From assembly GCF_052425735.1 (NCBI RefSeq), contig NC_135759.1, positions 46,314,001-46,378,000 on the forward strand: a stretch of DNA of 64,000 nucleotides, read 5' to 3'. Every line of letters starts with the position of its first letter. The stretch's first letter is position 1. This DNA comes from Oculina patagonica (Eukaryota). The notes below the pieces were generated by a model. The model made no database searches. It was not told the DNA's origin and was given only the letters and a program-made list of their open reading frames with translations. The translations under genes were made by a program, and so were the position numbers. Positions 1 to 11,107 of the stretch are shown piece by piece.

Positions 1-114
1 CATTTTACATTCTTAACCCTAAGGCCTTTGCTGATCAAGCTTTTTTAGTTTTTTATCATGTGCAGGGTACCATCTGATATAGAACTAAGTTGTTTGGATC
101 ACTTGGTTTTACAG

Positions 115-218
115 ATAGCACAATGAACCTCCAGGAATTTATTGACATGTCAGCTGAAGGAGAAGGACAAGTTATGGATTACAAAACATTCATCAAGAAT
201 TTTACTTCAACGGATTGA
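115..218 (+). CDS. Terminal coding exon of an EF-hand-type (calmodulin/myosin-light-chain-like) gene; rest lies upstream of the window
   Basis: Acceptor ttttacag|115; frame reads STMNLQEFIDMSAEGEGQVMDYKTFIKNFTSTD* (TGA 216-218), resembling a degenerate C-terminal EF-hand (helix-loop-DYxxF). Confidence 0.55.
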
Positions 219-1780
219 CTTTATCCAGTCCTTTTCGAAATCTAAATTTATTCGTAAGAGTTTCTCTGATATACTTTCAGGAAAGTGTAGGATTTTTATG
301 CTTGCGTAACCTTGAAAATATTTGTCCGTATTACGTTACACATTCATCGAGCAAAAGGAATGCTGTTAAATGCTGTAATTGGATTTCACAGCAGTTAAGT
401 CATATCACAAACCCAACCTTTGAGCACTGAAGGTAGAATGAATTATTGTAGAATGTCAATTACTTAAATAATTTGTACAGAAAGAATTATAACAGTAGGC
501 CCGAATACATATAGGTAATTTTCTGTGTGTTGCGAGTTTCTTAAAAAAAAACAGGAACAAAAGGAAAGAAAAGTATTTAGTAAATAAAACAGGTTGCATA
601 CGTTTACTAGGATGCTGTGTTGTATAGTTACCTTATTTCCGCTGTGCTACCGTTGTTACCATGCGCTTGTACTCGGCAGTTGAAAAAGCCAGCGGAGAAA
701 AGAAAGCAAACCAAATGAGTTTGCCCTGTCCCAGATCCTTTACCTCTGCTCCAAAAAACAGACCTAGCTACCTTTAATATGGAAATGGGTTTCACATGGT
801 ATAATGGCCTATACGGGGATGGTCCGCCCGAAAGGGGTAACTTTTTAAGGCTTCAGGTATATAAAGGGTAGGGATTTCACGAGTTTAGGTATATGAAAGG
901 GTAGGAATATCGGTCATTTAGGTATTTAAAAGGCCCTTCAATTAAAATATTTCGAACAGACACAACTTATGGCTATATCATTTAAATTCATTAAACGCTA
1001 CATAAAAATAGCATCAAGACTTCCTGTTTGAGGTATATGTCATGTCTTTTCTGTATATGAAAGAGGTGCCTTTTTTCAGTAAAAGGTATACGAAAGGGGT
1101 GCCTTTTCTGTCAAAATGGTATATAAAAGAAAAAAGAGTTGGACCTCGGGGCGGAGCCTCCTCGTACAAAACGTCTTTGAGTAGCCCCATCCCCCCGGGG
1201 GCTGGGGACAAAAGCTAACATGACGGCACCAGTGAACATGCGCAGTATGTCGGAACACAGAATACGCAACAGCATCCTCGTACCCAGGGTCTTCGTTTCC
1301 TTTGTCCAGGGACGAGAATGACGCAACAGAGGAATGTCAAGTTGTTATGTACACTTGAAACTCGATCTTTCCTTTTTAAACACAGTAGATGTGTTTTCCT
1401 AAACCAAACAATGAAGGAGGGTCTAATTTGGCTGTACATTTAAATTGTTGACTTGTCAAAATGCAGCTTGTCAAAAGAGAACACACATTAGTTCGGAAAA
1501 CTCGGTTTCTCTTTTATATTATTTTATATTATTAAATGAACAGTAACGTTTTCAATACAGTGTAACGAATTACTGCACTGTCGGTCGTAGAATTTAGTTC
1601 AGTTTCCAACAATTTAACTGACAGTATTGTTATTCACTTGTAAGACTTGTTTATCCTACAATACGTATTTACATTCCAACATCACAGAAAGTGCAAGGCA
1701 GGTTCGCGAGCCATACATCTTCAAGGTTTTAACAATCAGCAATCGTTTCTTCAGTTACTTATTATTACTGGAAGCCAGCG

Positions 1781-3450
1781 ATGATGAAAGCACTAGTTTT
1801 GGCAAGCGTTATTCTGTGCTTTTGGATAACTTGTGGTGAGTAATAATACATAACTGAGAAATCGTGAGCCAGCAAATATTGTTACATGTACGAGGAAGCA
1901 TTTAAGAACAGCAACCAAAAATTAGCAATTGTTACATGCGGAGCAGTTCATTATATGACGTTAAATTACGATTAAGAAAAGTGTGTAACGGAGTGTGAAT
2001 AAAACTTGTTTCAAGTTGCTGTCGAAAGATGGCCAACTGTCCCTTAAAGAGATGAACATACGAGCTACAAGTTGTTTAAAGCGGGACGCATGTTAGATCA
2101 CTTGCATTAATGTTGCATGTCCGATTAAATTTGACTGCTTAGTCAGAGTTGATACGAAGTCAGAGTTATTACAGTTACGAGATAAACGAGGCATTCAAAG
2201 TCGAACGAGCGTGCGGAGATGAAAAGAAAAATTCCCGAAACGAAACTGAATAAACCTAGGCGCACAAAAAATGATCAAAATGTTGGCAGATATGTCCCGA
2301 CTGATGTATTTCCTGCACAGCGCAAACTCTTAATCAAGTTTTTACATTGTACATAACAGTTCACTTCACTGCATTTAATCTTAATGTTTGATGCTTTTTG
2401 TTGCCCTACAATTCAAATATCTCAGCTTGGAATATCAATCGCCCGGGCTTCTGATGAAAAACCAGGATCAGGATATGCAGTCAGATTTAGTTCTGCTCGG
2501 TTCCAGAAGTTTCCAAACGGAACTGTAACCTGTAAGATCGTGCTAATACCAAAAGGAAACTTATTTTGCCTCGGCTTCCCTAGGCCAACAGTTGATATCA
2601 ACTCGCTATATTCTGTGACGTCACCTAGACAGTGAGTAGTACTTTAACTTCCTCAGGCGGGCATTCAAGCGCGCGCGAAAATAACCTCGCACGAGGAGCG
2701 CGACACTCGCGCGCTCGCCCACTTGACGTGACTAACACTAAGATTAATGGAAAACTACCGTACTCGTACTATTAAAACGTCAGCTACGGTAGATTGCTAA
2801 CCAACGCAGAGTGCTCTCCTGTCAGTCCTTTGATAATTTGTTACCATTTTCTGCCGTCATTTATCGAACCCCCCCCCCCCCCCACCTCTTCACACCTCCT
2901 CCTTAAAAAATAGACCGAACTAAATGCTTGTTAATGAATTGAAAATAGTTTTTCTCAAAGTTGTTCGCTTCTTGTATCCCGGGCGTTTGGTAAACTAACT
3001 ATGTGACTTGTTTGTTCTTTTGTAGCTGGTGGATTTAGTTGTTATCTGTGCAATGGGATGCAGTCCTCTCTCCAAGTGTGTGATGAGAAGATCGAAAAAA
3101 AGCATTGTGATACTCATGCAAAAGGAGCTGATCGCTGCGGAATCTTCTCCTTCCTCAACAGATCTGGAATCCGAGTTTATGGCAAAAGCTGTGTGTTTCA
3201 GAGATTTTGCGAAAGTAGTGAGAATTTCTGTAATAGTGTGTCTGAAAAATTCGGAGTGGTAACTGAGTGTAAAATCGAGTGTTGCAGCCAGGAGTTCTGT
3301 AATTATAATAGCAGTACTACTTCAGTCAAAGTGCCTGTGGATGATGACGACTCTGAAGATTGTGACTGGATAGATGCAAGTGTGCCCTTGAGCTTCAGTG
3401 GCTTTCTGTTGGGAGCATGCGCACTGTATGCCATAGCAATGGTCAAATAA
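1781..3450 (+). CDS. Ly6/uPAR (three-finger) domain protein 1, secreted with putative GPI anchor
   Basis: Exon1 1781-1835 MMKALVLASVILCFWITC+G (donor gtgagt, phase 1); exon2 3026-3450 after tttgtag: AGGFSCYLC...KIECCSQEFCN, 12 Cys with the CCxxxxCN signature, acidic spacer and hydrophobic C-terminus (FSGFLLGACALYAIAMVK). Confidence 0.9.
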
Positions 3451-4481
3451 ACTTGGAGACTTTACTTTGTAGAGAAAATAAGGAACCTTCCGTAGGAGAT
3501 AATAAGCTAATACATGTATGCTAACTAATTCTAAAGAGGACGCTTTGTGAATCTTTACGCCTGTTTATTACCAAGCAGTTATTAGCAATTAAAGTGAACT
3601 TGTTAACCACACCGAACTCCATGAACATGTAATCAGAATAATACAAACTGAGAAAGTAAAATAGATAACGAGGCGAGTCCTAGAATTCGGTTATTATGAT
3701 TAAAAAAAAGTTTCAACTCCTACAGGCTTGTCATGCAAAAGTTTTGAATCAGGACAAGTAGCGACAGTCGTCACGTGACAATAGGCCCCAGATCTTGTAT
3801 AGGATCAATCATAAATGATCATGCGAATTCGTTTTGTACAGTTTTGGCAGTTTCTCTCCACTTACACCGTTAATTTAAATAAAAATCCTTTACAAAGATG
3901 CATTCCAGGGGGATTATTAATCAAAGAGTCATCAAACTTAAATCAAGAACCAAAGAACAAATCAGAGCTGTGTTTCAGGGATCCTTCACCATTCGCAAAC
4001 CTCTCATTCGGATCAAGCTGTTGCAAAGATTCTTTTGCTTGTTGTTTGAGTGCTTTTTGCTAACTCTTCAAATTCTTTGCCATTCAAAACGCCTGCCTGC
4101 TGAAAATCCTTTAACATATATTCAAGATAGTGGCCATATGCATAGATCATACGGTATATTCGGCAGGCACAGGATGACTCTATGAAAACATATTACTTTT
4201 AAACCTCGCCTCGATCGTCCCTACGACATATAGTTTATTCCTTTTGAAATATTATATATATAATAAACAGCTAAATGAGTAGTTTTTCTCGTAGCTGATG
4301 GGCAGGGACGTCTATCCAATTTTGCCTGGGTTCTATTCTCGGATCACAGGTGGGCCCGCGCGCAGTTAGTCCAGTTAGCGTCGTTACAAGAAGAAATTGG
4401 TTGCTGTGCTTATCCTTTTATAGAAGAAATATAATACTACAAGACTGATGCATACATGGATTTTCGATAACCAGATCAAGT

Positions 4482-5607
4482 CTAGTGAAACATAACCATC
4501 ACAGCTATCGTACACAACAGCAGAAAACGATGTACTTTGCGTGACGTCAGGGCAGGCGCACTGTTACAAAGGTCTTTGGAGCAGCAGGATGTGTCGCAAT
4601 CAGATGCATCAACAATACTCTGACAGTATCGATCAGGATTTCTGCAGTATATCACAGATAAACAACCTTTTCTGTATCTGTGTGTCTCCATAAGCCCAAA
4701 GGAAAGCTTAGCGCATTTTGTTTGTGGCTGGCAAGTTTCTTTGGTCCGTGTGATGTCACAGGCGTGAAAGGATTCATTGCTTGAACAAATGAAGCAATCC
4801 AGCGACAACACAGCTGCAAGAGAAGTCAGCTCTCATGCAAATTGGAACTGATTCAATACAAGTGACTTAGTCGTTTATGAACATGCTGCCGATTGGAAGT
4901 TTTGGATACGCTAAAAATTTAAAATCAATCTTGTGGAAAATGTGGTTAAACTTTTGATTCAGGACAAAAATGTCAAAAATCAAATAAAATTGGAATACTT
5001 TTATCTTAAAAACATTGGTTGGGCTGTCTCAATAAATCAATTGCACAGTATTTTTTCAGTCGTGGCGACAGTCGCTGGGTTCGCAAATCGTTGGTTACCC
5101 TGCTACTAAAGTAGCTTCGATCACGATGATTGAAACAAAAATTGTTATAAGTTTAAAAAATAGGGACTCTAGTTAAAAGAATCTTCAAAACTATAGAATC
5201 TAGTCAGAACCTTTTTCGAATTTTTCTACTTCAAACAGCCTTTATTGATCAAAATTTCCCCCAAAGCAGTTAACTTTGGTTTGTTGATGGCACTTGGCTT
5301 AGTATGGACAAAATATCTCAACTCTTTTTAAATAGAATTTGGATTTACAAACTTTGCATGTTCCTCCCGCGGAAACTCTGATAACGTGATCTCTCCAGCG
5401 CGCGCCAGACAAGAAATAGCGCCTGACAGCCACTTGGAACGCTAATCATGATATTCAGAATTTCGAAATGGGTTCTGATAAAATACAACGAATCTTCAAT
5501 TTTTCTACTAATTGAAACACTGACCCTGAAGTAAGACATGATTCCTCACCTGTAAACAGGAGACAAAAACAAAGTAATCCTACAGATTTACAGAATCTGA
5601 CAGCCAT
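4482..5607 (-). CDS. Ly6/uPAR (three-finger) domain protein 2, putative GPI anchor
   Basis: Exon1 5607-5550 MAVRFCKSVGLLCFCLLFT+G (donor gtgagg); exon2 4813-4482 after cttgcag: AVLSLDCFIC...SCCSKDLCNSAP, 12 Cys, hydrophobic tail FLLLCTIAVMVMFH. Confidence 0.9.
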
Positions 5608-6489
5608 GTTCTCAACCTTTGGTTTGACCCCAAACTGGGAACGATTTTGTTTCCTTGGCTATTAATATACTCACCGCGAAGCAAGGTTTGATTGACACAC
5701 TGATTTCCTCTCACCTTCTACTCACCAGAAACGTTATACGCACGTCCAGGTTTGTCAATGATCCAGGGCTGTTGATTTACCCAGGTCTTAGGTCTATGTC
5801 TTTTTTCTCAGTCTTCGATAAAATGCAACTGACGGGTCTCAGCTGGTGAAGTGGTCTTTCAGTCCCCCCCCCCCTCCCCTCCTCATCATAACACCGACGT
5901 CCGTCATGGATTTTTCCCATTTTTCCTACACATAAACTTGTTTGATTTGATTTGTTCATCTTGTCTGGCGTTATTCGAAAGTCCATTTTAAAAGCTCCAG
6001 CTATTTTTAGCCGGGTCATGCAAGATCCATAAACATGTTATCAACAATCAGGAGAGGAAAGTGCATTATAAAGCTGATTGGTAATGATAATCACACACCC
6101 TTGTCCGGAATTTGAAAAAAATTGTCACATTATAAGAACTTCACTTACAAACAAACGTCTGGAAACTATATGTTTGTTTCAATAATCAATGTATATGTAC
6201 AACGACATGTAGGGTAAATAAATCAGGGAAACAAACGCAAGGGGGAGAAAAGAACTCAAAATCTAATATAAACTTTTGGCTCAAGTACCTTAACATCTGT
6301 ATTGACTGCTAGGACAGGTGCGCCAGGCTTGGGGATGCTACAGTCAGCTGCATGAACTGGCCAGCGCTTTGCTATTAATTACTTTGACCATCTCAGTGGG
6401 TTTCGTGTCATATTGTTGTGATAATCAACATTCCACTGCTGACTTCTCTGCGCAAACGTTCTCAATTCCCGCATTTCCGTCAGATCGCC

Positions 6490-8077
6490 ATGAAACTAGC
6501 ATTGCTTCCAACTTCTGTTTTCCTCGTCAGTATTTTCGCATTGCGTGGTAAGTACTCCTTGAACTTTACTCTTTCAGTTGTCTGTATGTAAGCCGGACGA
6601 TTTGTGTGTTGTCAATATGCCGCTCCACCGCTTGTTGTTGCTAGGATTTTCTCTTAACCTATAGCACTGTGATGACTTCTTACACGAGTACTTACTGAAC
6701 CCGACAGAGTGATGGCCAAAGTGTACATCATTCCCAAATGCAAACCCCATGATGATCGAACAAAAAAATAATAATCTCCCTTTTGTAAACCAGTACTAGT
6801 AGTTGTCGCTTGTGTTCGTCTGCCTCGTCTAGCTGGTCTGTATCTATTTTTTCCCACTGCAGTTGGTAAATCTTGCCAATAATTATCAAGTCTTAGGCAA
6901 ACACATTCAGTCGCGAATAATGTCAGTCAGTTACAGTATTTTTTAAAACATATTTTCGCAGTCGATGATCGTCTTGCCTGTGTTCCTTTGGGCTCAATAG
7001 TCTCAAAAGCCGGTTTTGTAGAAACATTTATAAAACAATCAGCATAAAGCGGTTTTGGAATTTCGATTATTTTAATTTTTGAAATTTCTAGACGAAAAAA
7101 AAAATTGTAAGTTCCATTTGCTTGTGAATTTGTGGGATCCACTGTTTATTTTCAAAAGTATTGTGTATTTTAAATATTAACTCGGTTGCGTGAGATTTCG
7201 TCTTGTGCCTTGGTCGCCCTTTTATGGTATGCGTATCTTAAAAACAACTTGTAAAACTAATTTGACAGATTGGAGATTCTGTGTTATCAGGTCATGACCT
7301 TTTAAACTGAATGCAGCTACATAAGCTGACAACATGGATTAATGCGCAGTTTTTTCTTTTAGCTGATAATTGAATCATTAATATTAAACTAGGCGTTTAT
7401 CCGCCGTTTAGCTGTACTAGCTGCAAGCTGCTACACAAACAGCCGAAAGATAGCCAACGGCCGGGCAGATACCAGATAAGAAGGTCACTGTTTAGATTTC
7501 TTACAATAGATATCGTCCTTTTTAATGATCTTTTCTTTGTGTGCCCTGCTCTTTGATCCCACGAGTAGTAAATGTTCTTTGACATTCTCATGAAAACATA
7601 AGAACACTGAACATTGCAGTGTAAAACAGCCTAAATATATATTTCAGCATACAAGGAGCGCAGAAAGGGTCCGTAAGGAAGGAGTTTATGACTGGCTTGG
7701 TTGCTTCTTGTTTATTCAAACGTGTTTTCTTTTTCTTGATAGCTTCCGGCCTCAAGTGCAAAAGTTGCACAAGCTCTGTATCTTTTGAAGATTGTATCAA
7801 ACAGCGCTCAACGGTGGATGTTTATTGTGACGAAGATTACAAGTGTGGAAAGTCTCGTTACAAGTATAAAGGAAAAGATGTTTATAGTTTATCGTGTATC
7901 AGCATCATGCACTGCAGTAACCATAGTGACATGTGTCGTGCAAACCTGAGTGACTGTGACGTAACATGTTGCGGTGAAGATCTATGTAACACATCCACGA
8001 CTCCAGTGGTCAGCGTGGTATTTGTTTTAGCATGCGTAGTGTGGACCCTTGTTATGGTCAAAGCTTTGTTAAAATGA
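6490..8077 (+). CDS. Ly6/uPAR (three-finger) domain protein 3, putative GPI anchor
   Basis: Exon1 6490-6547 MKLALLPTSVFLVSIFALR+G (gtaagt); exon2 7743-8077 after cttgatag: ASGLKCKSC...TCCGEDLCN, 12 Cys, tail VVSVVFVLACVVWTLVMVKALLK. Confidence 0.92.
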
Positions 8078-8246
8078 TTATGTCATCGTTATGCGAGTCA
8101 AAAGTTATACTTTACACATATTGTTTTTGCCCGTTGATGCAGCTTGTTTCTATGATTGCAGGATTTTGTAGGTGTTCAATACTGATCGAAATAACCGTTA
8201 CAACTTGAATTGATAAAATTTGGATTTATGATTTATTCGCATAATA

Positions 8247-8511
8247 GAGGGTCTCAATGGGGTGGTGGTTAAAAATTAACTTTCATTGTTTTTAAAAGTT
8301 ATAAATTAATTTCCATTATTAAAAAACATATTTTAGGTCTTGGGATCATTTTGCGACGATAAAGTGATATAGTCTGTTTTATTTTTAATTACTGGCCGAT
8401 TTTTTACGGTTAACATATTTACGGCTCACGGTTTAAATTTTCCAAATTTTACGCCTAACGGCTAAATTTTTGGCCATTTTACGCCTAACGGTTAACCCCA
8501 TTGAGACCCTC
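8247..8511. mobile_element. MITE with terminal inverted repeats
   Basis: TIR gagggtctcaatgggg ... ccccattgagaccctc; flanked by direct ataata at 8241-8246 and 8512-8517. Confidence 0.75.
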
Positions 8512-8699
8512 ATAATACACACTATATAATTACAGGAGTTTAAACAACTCCGCTGCAGAGCGCGTCAAGATGATCGCGCCCAGACTGGTTGGACTCACTT
8601 TCATTTTTCTCATTTTCATTGTTCATTTTAAATTGATCATGAATGGCTTCGGAATCAAAATGAGAACGCCAATGTTGCTGACTCCAGAGATTGAAGGCT

Positions 8700-9330
8700 G
8701 CAGCCTAGCAGATTATCTGACCAGTGCAGTTATGGAGAAAGAATCACAAACAGCTCCACACGCTTTAAAGACTTTCCAATGCATGCTCTGCGCCCAGTGG
8801 CCATGAAAATGGGAGTAAACAGGCGCCTCTAGGGAGCAGAAAGCTGCCGTCCTCTTGTAAGAACGGCTTTCAGGCATAAATAAAATTGTAAGGATTCGAC
8901 GTCTTAATATCTGGATTGTGAAGTAGCGACTATAGCTGTTCTTTGGAATGAAAAAAAAAAACAAGCTCCATGCATGGTTGTTGCTCCATGCATGTTGCAT
9001 GTTGTTGCTCCATGCATGTTGCATGTTGTTGCTCCATGCATGTTGCATGGTTGTTGCTCCATGCATGTTGCATGTTGTTGCTCCATGCATGTTGCATGGT
9101 TGTTGCTCCATGCATGTTGCATGTTATTGCTCCATGCATGTTGCATGTTGTTGCTCCATGCATGTTGCATGTTGTTGCTCCATGCATGGTAGACGCTTGT
9201 TGTCCTTTAGCTCTGGCTTCCAGTTCTTGCTGCAGCTTTTCCTGGACGTCATGATCAGGAGGTATAACAGCAGGCAAACAAAGTCCAGCACAACGTACTG
9301 CGGAGACCATGCACAGAAGTGGATCTAGAC
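8700..9330 (-). pseudogene. Degenerate cytochrome P450 pseudogene fragment (C-terminal half)
   Basis: Reading minus strand across frameshifts gives, in P450 order: STLCWTLF (I-helix end), DVQEKLQQELE (J-helix), KRLPCME, FIPKNS, SLLHNPD, FMPE-R-FLQEDGSF (PERF region), then LLPFS/TGRRACIGKSLKRVELFVILS (heme motif FxxGxRxCxG at about 8774-8810). Multiple stops and frameshifts. Confidence 0.75.
8965..9190. repeat. Minisatellite, about 9 units of 24-25 bp (gctccatgcatgttgcatg(g/t)tgtt)
   Basis: Directly visible tandem array built on the palindrome catgcatg; it produces spurious repetitive ORFs in several frames. Confidence 0.95.
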
Positions 9331-11107
9331 CTTCAGCTAAGTGGGGGATCCAGGCCCTAGAATAGGGAGGGGGGCCGCCCTCGAAAATAATTTTTCTCGG
9401 CGCTTCGGGCCTGATCGCAGGTTATACTCGCCTACGTTTTGATTGTAAAAGGTTTTGAAGCATCAGTTCAAACTCATAGTCAACAACGGATTCAAATTTA
9501 AGGAGCTCAGAGCTGTACATCGTCGAGAGCACCGTAGAATTTTGCCGACGGGTGCAATTTCCATTTCAAGGAAATAGACCGCCAATACGAAAGCTAGCTT
9601 GACCTTCTTTGCAATAAACCCTTAATGGGTGAAGACATGGCCTTACAGTGAGTGTCGAAAGTTATTCACGTTTGCGTCAGTTTTGCATTGCTACGCTTAG
9701 TGATTGGATGGGAAAAAAATCGCGCCACTTTACTTGCTGGGAGGCTAGTGTTGACAGGGCCTAACTGAAGGATTTTAGCCACACCGAACAGAAGTAGTGT
9801 TATTTTAACATGGTCATAGCACCGCGGGACAGCACTTTAGCACGTGTAGTTCACACTATAGTTATTTTTTGTTTGGATCTAACTGGTGAATCTATTTTCC
9901 GTATGTTTGTATGCAGGCATGAGTAAGATTACGAGTTAGCATGTACAAAATTACTAAAGTATATGAATTTAAATAAAATGCAAACTTAAATGGAAATATG
10001 TTGCCTGCTTTAATTTCCAAAAAAGCTGTTAGGTATCTACTTTTTTCAGGTTTTGTAGAATTGTTTGTTCCGTCACGCTATTTTTGATTTCTACGAAATA
10101 CCCGTGATCCAGACACTGATAGTCTCTGTGAGCAGGCTCACTAAGTGGGCTATTGCATGGATGAAAACAAAAATTGTGGTGTGGTCATATCCCGGGTTAT
10201 AGAGGCCCTGTTAGGGTAAATTCCGCGGGCGCCGGCGAACGGCGCATGAGGGAGGGAAATGACGCGAACGAAGAGTGCCCGGGAAAAAACGACAGCGACA
10301 AAAAAAAAGAACGCGCGTGCCGTGCGGGGTGTGGCAAAAGCTTTTTTTTTTTAAAACACCTCTTTATTCTTTTTTTTTTTCCCCCAAAAATTTTTTTTTG
10401 GGGCCCCCCCCCCCCCCGGCTTCTAAGGGATTTAGCCGGACCAAGGGGACGCGGCGGGCGGGGGGGCGGGGCGGACCCACAGGGCCTCGTTATATAGAGA
10501 TTCCATTTCTAAGAATTATTTTGCCCCTAAACGTCTTAATTTCTCAATCTCAATAGGCCTAAATTATTGACACTTTCTTTGCTCCCTTTTTTTCAGATGC
10601 TTATTGCAAAGCGGTTGTCTAAAATTGAAAATCAGTCTTTTCCAATCCGTTGTCGATATGCATTACTATTACAGGGACGGCGGAGCAATTTTCCAAGTGG
10701 GGGGCTGACTAGTGACTTGAAGTGGGGGGGGGGGCTTAAAAGACTTTTCTTTTAGTAAGTCTTCATTTTTTCGGAAATTCTGGGGGGGGGGGTAAAGCCC
10801 CCCAGCCCCCCCCCCCCCGTGCCTGCTATTAAGCTGAAATTTGCCAGTGAAATTGTTTATTGAAACAAACCGAATTTTTTTAATGCTAGACTACACAAAC
10901 GCCACTTATTTTACGACGTTTCAAATGCGTCAAATTAACAGGGCGTAAAACCTGTCATCTCACCACGCAAACTTGATTTTCGAATTGTTTGCAGATCATA
11001 ATCTGCGTGTAGACGCACTTTACACGAATGTCATCAGTGGCAGTAATCGAAAGATCGACTCGATCTACCACGTTGGACAAAAAATCGGGAAACGATCCTC
11101 GGGTACG

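Noticed and set aside
2451-2470. CTGATGA hammerhead core match (similar words near 13428 and 50955)
   Set aside because: No flanking stem II plus GAAA geometry found.
8965-9190. CRISPR-like repeat array
   Set aside because: Units are contiguous with no unique spacers, there are no cas genes, and the context is eukaryotic.
8904-9328. Several ORFs with repeated MQHAWSNN or CCMLLLHA peptides, resembling a neuropeptide precursor or Cys-rich protein
   Set aside because: They are translations of the CATG minisatellite, open in many frames, with no signal peptide or cleavage sites.
10174-10556. GC-rich ORFs and possible G-quadruplex or foreign DNA
   Set aside because: Homopolymer-inflated sequence typical of a low-quality read patch; no coherent protein.
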